From the NCBI GenBank assembly GCA_040954595.2, contig CM082585.2:3688902-3752901 (forward strand): a stretch of 64,000 nucleotides of DNA, in the 5' to 3' direction. Origin of the DNA: Balanoglossus misakiensis (lineage: Eukaryota; Animalia; Hemichordata). The number at the start of each line of letters is the position of its first letter. The stretch's first letter is position 1. Below the pieces are notes generated by a model. That model did not search any database. It saw only the letters and a program-made list of their open reading frames with translations, and had not been told where the DNA came from. Made by a program: the position numbers and the translations under genes. This document shows positions 35,778 to 50,700 of the stretch, piece by piece.

Positions 35778-37813
35778 GGTCTGTGCAGGTCAGTGAAAAT
35801 GACCATGTTTCATCCACCACTTAGTGTAGTGAAAATAATTATGGTTATGTAGTCTGTAGGTTAGTGAATAATAACCATTGTTGAGCTTCCATTTAGGTTA
35901 GTAACAAGAATCATGGTTGATTGATCCCTCACTTTAGACAAATGAAAATAGTCATGTTTGGTGTAAAAATCAGTGACAATAATCCTGTTTGGCTTATTTG
36001 GCATTCAGGGTGACAGAAAATAACTCATGTAAATAAGAATTAAAAATTAATAAACATGTCGCCATTTGCTTTTAGAGGTGCAAGTACACAATTGAAAAAC
36101 CAATGTTGCGTGTATAGTGTAATTTCTGTTTTTTTGTGGTTAGGAGCAAAGCTTCAATTTAGTCACGATGCATCACACTTTTTGGTGATTTGAATTCTCT
36201 TGTAGTTTGGTGGTGTATATTTTTCAGGCAGCAAGAAGTATTATCAAAATTATAAAGATTTGAAATAGAAAATGAAGATTGTCGTCTGACTGCAAAAAAA
36301 TACAAAAATCCAAAGGGGAATATATAGAAAGTCATCATATTTCTGTGTGTTTTGCAGCCACCTGTCTGATTCCATGTGAAACCCACACTGATAGAGAAGA
36401 AGTTGTTTTTATCATATATGTATTGACTATGTGCTGTAACTGTGGGGAAAGCTGTCAAATATTCCTACCAAATAATGATCCCATTGTGATAGTGGTTGTA
36501 ATTATATAAATGTTGACAAACTAAGAGACTTCAGATCATATTGGGCGTAGTTCTCTGTCAAACTATATACTGAACAGATAGACACTGTGCTCAACCAAGT
36601 GACTCAAAATTTATCAGTAAATATAATAATACAAAGGCAGAGTTTTATGCATTTTTAAGGTTTTCCAAGTGTGGATTATATCATGTTTTTGCCAAATATA
36701 TCATAATGTATCATACATGAGAATTTTGCAGACTCAGTTTCAGAAATAAGATGTAATGTTTGTGAATTAAAGTAAATTATTGTCCATGCCCATTTTGTCA
36801 TAAAAATATTGTTTATGTGAGGTTTTCGGTGCCACCTACTTTATAGGGAGAAAATATTTTTAAATGTCACAAATATTTGAGAGGAATGCTAATAGTGAAA
36901 TAAACAAATGGGAATGCTAGAATGGGCATACACAATCTGTGTTTTCATGGTTAGTCATTGTGGACAGTTTCAGGATTTATAGATTGAGTTCTATGTGTGT
37001 GTGTGTTTGTCTATCACTCTGTCTGCAGCTATTGCTTAGATATGTCTCAACTAATTTCATTTGAACTTTTTTTATTTGGGGAGGGGGTTAGTTATAAGAA
37101 ATGCATCATGGTGGAAAATCAAGAAGATTGCTGCTGCCTTAATTTTTGTGTGTGTGTTTGTACATGGCTTAGGTCATGTCTGCGTGCCAATTTCACCTGC
37201 ATGTGATTGTTATTACACTGTGCACCTATTTCTGTGCAATCCCTAAATGGGACCAAAGTGTTCTTGACGCTGTTTTTATTGTTTACTTGTCATCACCTGT
37301 TAAGCCCATGAAAAGGGAAATAATTTCAATGGAAAAAACGATTTCTCTGAATTTAAATGAAAACTCAACAAGCTACAGCTGTAAACTGACCATATGTGCA
37401 AAGGTTGACATGTTAAAACCGATATCTTGAAATGAAAGAGTTGCTTTCTGGAAAGATTTACACATGTTATTAATACAAAATGTAGCTTGTGTGCTCAGTA
37501 CATCCTCTACAGTTTGTGTTTCGGAGGTGATAGTTCGTTGCTGTCTGGGGAATTTGGTGTGGTCATAGACCCTAGACTCTAGGGTCTATGGTGTGGTGTT
37601 ACTCTTTTCTTACTGTCTTGACGTCTTTTCTACTCGCACCCCCCTTCTGATGCTTCCATCCTAGACCCAATTACTAGCATGTGTTTGGGTGCCATCTCAA
37701 TGTTTGCAGTTGTGTTGCTAAGGTGCCATGATAGAATCAAAGAATGTCTCTTCTGGGGGTTTAGATCGAGTCAAGTCAGTTGGCCTTAACTCGCCCTTCT
37801 GCCAAGGCAGATA

Positions 37814-37890
37814 TAGTCTAATATCTAGCAGTATTTTGTCTGCTTTGCTTTGGAAGCAAAGTGGAAAAAATGAGGCTAGATACTAGACTA
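37814..37890. mobile_element. Tiny MITE with TAG...CTA termini and a perfect 9-bp TSD
   Basis: AGGCAGATA|TAGTCTAATATCTAGC...GCTAGATACTAGACTA|AGGCAGATA. Confidence 0.7.
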
Positions 37891-40431
37891 AGGCAGATAC
37901 CTCTTTGGGCCAGAATAGCATAACCAAATTGGGGTAGCCATCTTGTTTTGCTGCGAGTGATACCTCATTACGAGGGTTTGTGCTTTAAACCAAATACCTA
38001 CTAGGACAGATAGTTTTCCTATTTCGATTCTCCAAAGTGGAATTTCATCTGATTTTCTGCCCTAGAGGGACAAGGAGACTCCTCATCCCAGCACTGTGAG
38101 CGCTCATGGAGTTGAGAGCATAGACTTAACCCTTGTCAGAGACCATACTCAAATTATATTATTGACAATTTGCACATTTATGGAGGTGATTTCTTGACAT
38201 TTGACCTGGTTGTCTTTTAGAGATACAGTACATGTACATGACAATGTGTGAAATATCAGAAAATTTAATAAATTCTCATATATCTTGTTCCAATTCTTTG
38301 CTTCAATCTTATTAGGTGTTGTTTGATTTTACCGTGAGTTTCATTGCAAGGTTTGGTTTATAAATACAGAAGTGTGTAATTGTGTTGTTTATTTGTGACA
38401 TGTAACAAGTTATATACTAGTATGTTAATATCTTGAAATTGCCACCTATTTCAGCTATTTCAGTGTTTGCTTTGAAAAATGTACATATACTATATAGATG
38501 TCTTTGGCCAAGATTAAAACAAAACCCCAATTTCATGATTGGAGATATTGTGTCAGTATGTTTGCCATTAAAATTATGTTTTAGATGATTTCATTGTAAT
38601 TTCAGTTGTGAAAGTCTGAGAAAATCACACTTTGAGAAATTTCATTTCTGTCAAATCTTCCTTCTAAAGTTTGAATGAATGTCTAATTAATGTATATAGA
38701 TGAAGATGAATATATTCACTGTGATTATGGTATCCATTTTTTTTGCTTCTGTAGATCATTCTCAATAAATCTGCAGAATAAAATGGTAACAATGTATCAT
38801 TTATTGTAAGTCATTTTTTTAAGCATGTAATTTGTCCATGCATGAAGAAGTCCCTAATTGATTGATAGATTCCTTGGAAGAACTGTTCCAAGAGAAACAT
38901 CATTTTCATTAGTGTAGCACCCTCACACAGTCATCATGAACTTGAACTCAAAGCACACGAATGTGAATGTTCAACTTTGGCCTTGCTTTGCCAAAATTCA
39001 TGATGGTTGTGTGAGGGCGCTATACTTATGAAAAGGGTGCCACTGGGCTCAGGCGTTCTTTTCGGGGAAACAAACAAACAAACAAATAAATAAATAAAAC
39101 TATGATGAGGGTGATGTGTTTGAGATTTTGACCTGCAAATTTACAAAAAAGATTTAAATCAAGCAATATTGTCCTTTTAATCATGCTAGTATTTATTTAT
39201 TTTGCATTGCATAAGTGTTCCAGCATATAACCATATATCAAAAGAACAGAAAAATCTTTGTTACAATGTAAATATTGTTGTAATGTGACAGACATGTTGG
39301 GAGAGAACACTGTGGATGAATTTGAGCCTTTGAAGAAAACATACCAACCAACTGTCATATACTCAGTCCCATGTTCAATTTAAAACAAAATGTTAAATGT
39401 AAAAAAACTACAATCATACAGTTAAACCTGTCTACAACAGCCAGTCAAGGAACTTCTGAAACTTGCCTTTATAGACAGGTCAAACAGGGTACACGTAAAT
39501 TGCACAGGGACTGCGACCACTATAGACTGGTTTCTACTATAAAGAGGTGGCCACTAACACAGGTTTGACTGCAGCTAGTAGTTACTATAGACTTATTAAT
39601 GCCCAACTATTTCAGGGCAAAAATGTTAAACTGAGTTCAACTTTAAATATTTTGATATCAACAATAAATACAATTCAAAAATTCAAAACCTACAGTACTA
39701 GTAATTGTGTAGTTCAGAAAGATGAGGAAGGTGTTGACATATGTTGCCATTGCTGTCTTTCGTCCTTGTTGGAGTGTACAACAAATGTAATTCAAGTGAG
39801 AAAATCATGAACAGTGCACTTGGTAAATACTTCTACTAATTATCTAATCCTAATTAAAATACAGTAATTATGAGACAACAAAAACACAACAGGAACCATG
39901 CAAGTCAAGTGTGCGGAAACAGCAAATATCTACCTAATTTTCAACCACAGAATGTGGACATGCCCATTTGTTAGAATACACAAAAAATAATGACACAATT
40001 AAAGCCCCAATAGCTGCCACATTTAATATGCTTTTAATTGGTCAAATATTTCAATCTTCTCCTTATCCTAAGTTGATAGACTATATTTTTAATTTGTGAA
40101 GTTTCCAATATGCATGTTTTTGTGTACTGTTGCAATGGGTGGTTGAATAAACAGGTGTGGTACCCATTTATTCTTTAAATTGTTCATATTATTACGTACT
40201 GGCCTAGCCTCAATCAGAGGTCGATAATATGTCAGTATTTACCCATCACCTAGCTCATTGAAATTGACCATTCAATGTTTCAAAATAAAATCATGAAAAT
40301 AATGCAAACAATGACAGCTATTGGAGCTTTAATATATACAATGTAAATTGTCTCTACTCCTTAAACCTAATATACCTGAATTATCTTTGTTAATTCCAAA
40401 CTATGAATTAAAATACCAACTGCCTCTGATG

Positions 40432-43141
<2,710 letters not shown>

Positions 43142-44574
43142 TCAAAGAAATACCACACAGAAGACGAACTCTGAAAAGAAATTGAATATAAACAAACTGT
43201 ATAGTAAACCTGACAGGAATGCAAATTATGAATAGAAATTATATGTTATTCATAAAATATTATAATGTTGGTGCGAAGCGGTACATATGTCTGAAATGTT
43301 TAAACTTAAAACTGTTTAGAATCCATATTACAATCATGTACAAATAGTTGATAAGTAACAAGTTATTTCATTACAGAAAAGTCAGGTTTGTGTAGCAAAG
43401 CTAATTGCAGTTTCTAAAGATTGGATGGCAAAGGTATACGGTCACCTCCAATTTACATACGCCCATATATGCCAGAAATGGTGTATTTCAGTGTTCTAAA
43501 GAACACATAGTGCAGTGGCGCTCTTTTTTTTGCATGTGCCACCCACTGAACATATGTGATTGGCTAGATCTCAATTTGCCATGGTAACTGTATTTGCATA
43601 GGTGACTGTATATATCTTTAAATGTTGGTAACGCAACAGCATCTCAGTGAAGCACACTAGTACATGGTCAATGTTTTGTAGAAAGCCAAATTTGACATGT
43701 TCAGTGTTCCATATAGGATGTCATCAACGTGGGGGGGGGGGGGTGTCCCCCTTTGCCAGAATATTTTTTTTTTTTTTTTTTTTGGGGGGGGGTCTTCTCT
43801 GGTAAGGGAGATGTAATACATGTATCCTGCATGTCTGTATGTGAGTGACATCATTTTAAGGGGCACTGCATAGTCCCAACCTAGCTTTGGAACGCAGCTG
43901 TACCCCCCCCCCCCCCCCCACAGCTAGGTCCCAACCCACCATCTTCACAAAATTGGTAGGGTCTGCCAGCATATCATCAGAAGGTAAATCCCCCTGGGCC
44001 CGTCTAGATAAATCAATACATGTTGGCACCCCATAGCAAATTGTCAAGTGGGGACCAGTGCCCCTTTAAAATGATGTCACTCAGACTCTCGAGATAACAT
44101 TCCCCTTGTCAGAGTGGAATCCCCCTAAAATAGCAATACAACTTCACGGGCATGTGAAATTCTAGTTCGGGTCAAAATAGAGTCGGGCCGGATAGTTGCA
44201 AAAATTGTAGTGCGGGGGCCTTGGCGCTTAGGGCTTCATTTGTATTCAAGCCGATCCTGACCCAGATCCTGACCCCACCATCGACGGCCCATGGTCCCCG
44301 GACTCAACGTCACATACAAAATACAAGGTTGAGGCTGGTTGACCCGGTTTATTTGAAAACACCACTAAAATCATGTGTGGAGTGACCGTGATCACACCAA
44401 ACCATGACCAAACGTAAACACCGGTAACGCGTAGAACTAGCAGACATTCATCACTGTCATTGTAAACAATAACAACAAATGACGAAATTGACAACAATGG
44501 AACTGCACATACAACCGTCGACATTGTCGATGTCCGGTATGCTTTACATGTCCCACATATGATAATGTTCAGTA

Positions 44575-44770
44575 TACCTGCCTTTTGTATAGGAGAAAAA
44601 ACACTTGATGGTTTCAAAACAATCGTGCAACCGCTCCGGTTGTTGACGGTCTATAGATTGTTGCGAAAAAATATAAAGTTGATCACTGCTGCGTTTCACT
44701 TCCGCATCACAACTGACTGGGTCACACAAGTCTCGTGATTAACGAGATAACGTGATTACCGAGAGTCAAA
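44575..44770. promoter_or_regulatory. Probable bidirectional promoter between MOSPD1 (5' UTR exon) and ZRSR2
   Basis: Head-to-head genes; CpG-richer stretch; AAAATGGCGGCG (YY1-like) at the ZRSR2 ATG; candidate minus-strand donor CAG|GTATAC near 44578 and acceptor near 43170. The transcription start sites are inferred. Confidence 0.5.
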
Positions 44771-47700
44771 ATGGCGGCGCCTACAAACTCAAGTAACGCA
44801 TGCAACCCGAAACTCAGGTGGGTTTTGACACAAACATCACATTTTCTTTATCGCGTTGATTTTTATTGAATATTTAAAGTAATGTCATAAAAAACACCCC
44901 AGGAGAAACAATTTAGTTACTTTGCTGAAGCTGTTCAGTACAGTTGCTGGACGTTTTGCCATCTATCTAACACACCACACTGGCACATAGCTCAGCTGCA
45001 GTTCAATTCAGTAGCTCTTGGTTTTTCCTGGTGGTTTTTGTGTTAGACGGAAAAACCGTCGCAACACACCAACAAAATCACGATCTTCTGAACTGCAGCT
45101 GTGGCACACATAGCTGCAATGATTGTGGCGGGTGCTGCTTGCTACATGTACTGTGGTATTACTATTAGGTGACATGGGTTGACTAGCCTGGCCCCAGACC
45201 AGTGCAGTGTGTTTTAGATATCTAAAACACTCTGCACTGAAATTCTACACAGTGTGTAGAATTTCTATATATCTAAAACACACTGCACTGGTCTGGGGCC
45301 AGGCTATAGGTTGACTGATGTTCGCAGCCCTACGACACTGCAGCTATACATGTACATGTAGATGAAAATACAAGTACAACAGCAAGGCCTCTCATTCCCT
45401 GCTTATGAAACCCAGGGCTACCAATCTGGGACATAATGAAAATTGCTCTGTGTTTATACTTGTATGGCAGTCATCACCTATCGGAATGAGAGGTTTTGGA
45501 GAAAAAAAATGAGGAGTTTTGATAAATGGTTTGAAAACCCTTCCAACACTTCTGCTACCCATTGATTGGAATCGCTGCATTAGGAGGAATCCTGGCAAAA
45601 TGACTGGGGAATTATGGTACCACTTCCATTAATTAATGCAATGGGACATTTGTACTGAAAAACAGATAACTGGAACATTTAAGTTTATTGGGAATGTTTA
45701 CAATAGGAACCACTGGCACAGTACAAATGTAGTAGAAGTGTACTCCTTAATTTCTGCTTCCCGATAATATGGGTCTTATCGCTCAGCTTCTGCAGACTTC
45801 TAGCGTGCACTTTTCTGCTGGAAGATTCAATTTGAATCCCTGATGACTTGGGCTGGTGCTCTCTGACATAACATTGATTGTACCCTCGCCTTTGGTTCAG
45901 GCATCATCAGTGTTGTGGTTAAAGATCACCATCCCTCGTGTAGGCTACAAATTGTGATATTGATATTGCCCTCGCTAACATAAACCACTTTGCGGATAGG
46001 GTATCTGCAATGCATGATGGCATACCGGTAATTTGCATTCAACATAGTGTCTAGTACATGAATAAAGTACGCGCCCAGAACGCAAACTGTCCCACAACAC
46101 CCTGCGTTATTCTATCCGCAAAGTCGTCCATGTGTTACTCACTCCTTTGATGTGTGTGTGACTGTGAGTGTGTGGATGCAGCAGCACTGTACATTATGTA
46201 AATAATATCTTTATAATTCATCCCACAGCCATAAGAAATACAGAGCTTTGTTGAAAAGGGAGAAAAGAAAACAGAAGAGGAAAGAGGAAGCAATCAAACG
46301 TTCATTTGAACTTGAAGAAAAAGGTGTGTAAAGTCTATTTGCTCTCCAACGACAAAGGCTGGGGAGATTTATAGATTAGGCTCCATCCATCCATTCATCC
46401 GTCCATCCCTGCATCCATCCATCCATCAATCCGTCCGTCCGTCCGTCCATCCATCTATCCATCCATCCATTCATCCATTCATCCAGAGCCAATACTGAAT
46501 GAATATATTTTAATGACTCATAAATATTAAATTAACCAGCTGTACAGTATGGTCAACAATCTGATTAAAATTTGATGTAGGGTACGGCGACATCTTTTAC
46601 TTACGCAGTACAGTACTCTCATGCTGTCGCCTCACACTACATCTGACCAACTCTAGTCTGAATACAAATCAAAACTGATGATATTCCTAGTATTCTAAGC
46701 AAACTCGGGTAGAATTCCTGCTAGGGTTGTCCATCAAAACTGAGCAGACAATGCCCAGCAGCCTTACAAAGTTGAAGTTGCATCATCACGAAGGTTCAAT
46801 CTTGCATGCATGGCATTCTACTGCGCATATTGTAACATCAAAACAAGATTTATCATTCTGACAGCAAACACTGCAGAACTCAACTGGAGTGTTGTAGTAT
46901 GCCATATGGAACAAACCATGAACTCAGCCATCTTGTTGTACGTGCACACAATTTCAGATATTTGTTACAAATAGGAAAATCAGTGCAATTTTTTTCAAAC
47001 GCACCTTGGCGCAACTTTTATTTAGGCATATGCTGCAGTGTATGGACATCATTGTAATAACAATGATAGTATTAATTTATAGTAATTTGTTTTACTTCTA
47101 CTGCTAATAATGATAATACATGTGCCCCATCTCCTTGGCTGTTCTACTTCATTGGTTTGGCTATTGCAATGTTGAGATTGGCTAGAACATTTTGTCCTCT
47201 TGACACTAACCATTGGAAAATCAGAAGAAATACATGTAACATTTTCTTTTTGTAATAGAACAAGAAGTTGAAGAAAGTGTTGGTGAAGATGAAGAGCATT
47301 TGGAAGAGGCATTATTCAGAGAACAGGAGAAGTAAGTTAACTTTTGAATTGTGAAATACTTTCATTTAAATGTAATTATTTGTGTATGGTATACAGACGA
47401 AGCCGTTTTATCGGGACATCATGGGAGCAGCTAATATATCCCCATTAACCGGCTGTCCCGATTCGGCGGCAGACAATAAATGTTGACCCCACCCACCCAC
47501 CTACACACTCATTCATTCATAACACCACTGTAGCAAACTAGTGTAACAAGAACATGAACACATTGATACATTTCTATTCCTTTTATTCTAATTCATCAAA
47601 AGAAAACATTGAAACATTGGTTACAAATACATGTATTAGTTCGGTGATAGAAAAGATAGAAAATAAATACAACAGATCACTTAAAAAACGAATTGATCAG

Positions 47701-50700
47701 CCGTTGAGTCTTGGCCTCAGCAACATCGGCATACACAGAGTTCTCTAACTGTCGCAGCATCGGCAGAACAGACATCATCCCCTGTGTGTATTGCCGAAGG
47801 TAGTCTATCATCTCCATCTGCTGTTTTGCGGTTAGCTGCGGTGGTTCATTCTCGGAGTCGGATCAAGGGTCATCGGTCTTCGAACGCTTGGCTTCTCTTG
47901 CCGACTCAAAGAAGCTCAACATTGGACAGCTCAACGACGACTTCTGTAGCGTTGTCCATGCTGACGTAATTGCAGAATTCTTCCGGTGACGTGTCGACTG
48001 GTATTGGGACATCGGCTTCAATATTGTCATTGGTGGCGGTGACAGCGGGGTCGGTGCCTGAAAAACCTGCCTTACGGAAACACCCAGCGACTGTTTGCGG
48101 TTTCACAGCATCCCAGGACTCTTTCGACAGATAGAACGCGTCTAAGACGGTGAAAGTCTTCGCAACATCGATTGGGAACAGCATCGAGGGCAGCAGTGGT
48201 GCGACAATTCAATCTACTTCTGTAGTGGCCTTTCCAATTCTTGAATGATTACACCCATGTATAGCGGCTGGATTAAACTTGTGGTGTTGGGCAGCAAAAA
48301 CTTTAATTCAATGTTGGTCAGAGTAACGTTCGAAGGATGAGTGGGAACAGTTATCGATCAGAAGGCAGATGTGGCGGCGTTTCGAACGAAGTTCATTGTC
48401 CCATTTCTGTAAACAAATCGCCGGTCATCCATGCATTTCTAGAATGACCATAGCTGACAGGAAGTCGCGACAAGTCTCTGGGAAAGCAGCAGGGCTGTCT
48501 ACTCTTTCCGATGACGAATAGTGGGCGTTTCTCTGACCCTGACATGTTCGCACACAAGAGGACGGTAATTCTGTCCATGGCCTTCTTCCCTACGGTCAGT
48601 TCTTCGCCTTTCACGCAATGACCCCTATCTGGAAGTCCGTGAAAATTCACTCCTGTTTCATCGGCGTTGAAGATGTCATCCTTGTGGAAAGACTGCAGAA
48701 TGTTCGCGATGTCATCATCCTTCCAGCATTCCGCGGCTGGGAAGTCCGCGTTCTGTTTTCCCCCCTGCTCTTTCTTGAAAGCGATGTTGTGACCAGACTT
48801 CCAACGGGTCAACTGACCATCAGACGCACAAATTCATTACCGTGGACAGCAGCGAGGTCTGTAGCCTTCTGTTTCAACATAGCTGCCAGATAGTCGTGCA
48901 CCCTGGCTAAGTTTCTGTTGAAACCATAGGAAAAGTGTTCTTTGCCTCTTACGACTGTGATTCCCCGACTGAAACTGATCTAAGATCTGTTGTTTGGCTT
49001 TCACTAGTCGCGAGACTCGTGAAGTCGAAACACCAAATTTCTTAGCAGCAGATACCTGGCTAACACCGGGGGGACTCTATGTACTTCAGCAGTTGAACCT
49101 TTTCAGCGAGTGGGAGATCGATGCGCTTCTTGGAGTTGGACATAGCCATGATGATGTTCACTTTCATAAAGAAAATTATGAACGGAAGTGAATCAGCATG
49201 TCTACAGTCTTATAAGGACTGGCAACTTACATACGCCCATATATGTCAAAAATGGCGTATTTGAGTGTTCTAAAGAACATATGGTGGCGCTCTTTTTTCG
49301 CGTGTGCCACCCACTGAAAATCTGTGATCTCAATTTGCCATGGTAACTGTAGCTATATTTGCATAGGTGACCGTATACCTTTAAGTGGCGGCATGTCCTG
49401 ATTAAGCATGTAAATTTCAATAGAAAAAAATCGGTTACATGGTCAAACATCCCATATAACCGGATATCCCGTTTATCAGGATCCCGATAAAAGGGCTTCG
49501 ACTGTCCTTGCGTACCAGTATGATTATGTCACTACCCATTCTTTATTATGCATAAACTTGTTTTTAATTAAAGTTCAAATCTACATGTTCAGTGGAACCT
49601 GTCGGAACCTCAGGATGTCCATTATTAACAGGTGTCCTTAATTGTAAAACTCATAAATATTCACGATCTGACATGCCTGAGTTATTTGTTTATGATCATG
49701 AGTTTGTGACACCTTAATATTATTACAAAACCCAGTTGCGCCAGAAAAGCCAAGCTATGATGGAAATGGACTGGGATCGCCGTTTGGAAAGCGCGCACAC
49801 ATATTATACACACAGGTACAGGTATTTTTGGATCGGTAGGGGTAACCAGTGTATCACCTAGATGAGTTATTTGTTTATGATCATGAGTTTGTGACACCTT
49901 AATATTATAACAAAACCCAGTTGCGCCAGAAAAGCCAAGCTATGATGGAAATGGACTGGGATCGCCGTTTGAAACACATATTATACACACAGGTACAGGT
50001 ATTTTTGGATCAGTAGGGGTAACCAGTGTTTCACCTAGATGACGTGGGGGGTGGGGGGGGGGATTCACCCCCTGTTGACATGTTGGCACCCCCTAGCAAT
50101 TTGTCGAAGGGGGACCAGTGCTCCTTAATATTATTATAAAACCCAAGTACGCCAGAACAGACCAGGCTTTGATGGAAATGGACAACTGGGATCACCGGTT
50201 GTAGACTCTTGGATTTATTTGTAGTGTTATTAGAGTAAGTATAAGTTTTGTGTCCAGCATAGAGTTCAACAGACTGTGTTGTTCCGGCTGGAGCTGTGGT
50301 TGGTTGACCACTCGTTGATTAGTTCAAGACGTGCTGCACAGGAGACGATCGGTGTTGGCCATGTTGCTGTAAACACTACTGACCAGTAGAAACGTGGCAC
50401 TTGTCAGTATCATCCACTCCCTTCTCCATCCAGAAACACAAGAACTTGACTAGGACTTGCCGAAATACTGCCGACTACGCCATTTGTCACGGTTGTCGCA
50501 GTTCACTCCAACACAAATACATCAAACATTTGAACGGTTTCATGTGACAGTTTTATTAATTGAAATTGAAAAAAGTAAGTTAACTTTTGTGAAAGACTCT
50601 CATTTAAATGTAATTATTTGTGTAAGGTATACATGTACTTGTGTATCAGTATGATTATGTCACTGCCCATACTTTGTAAATAAAACTAAAAAGGCTAAAA

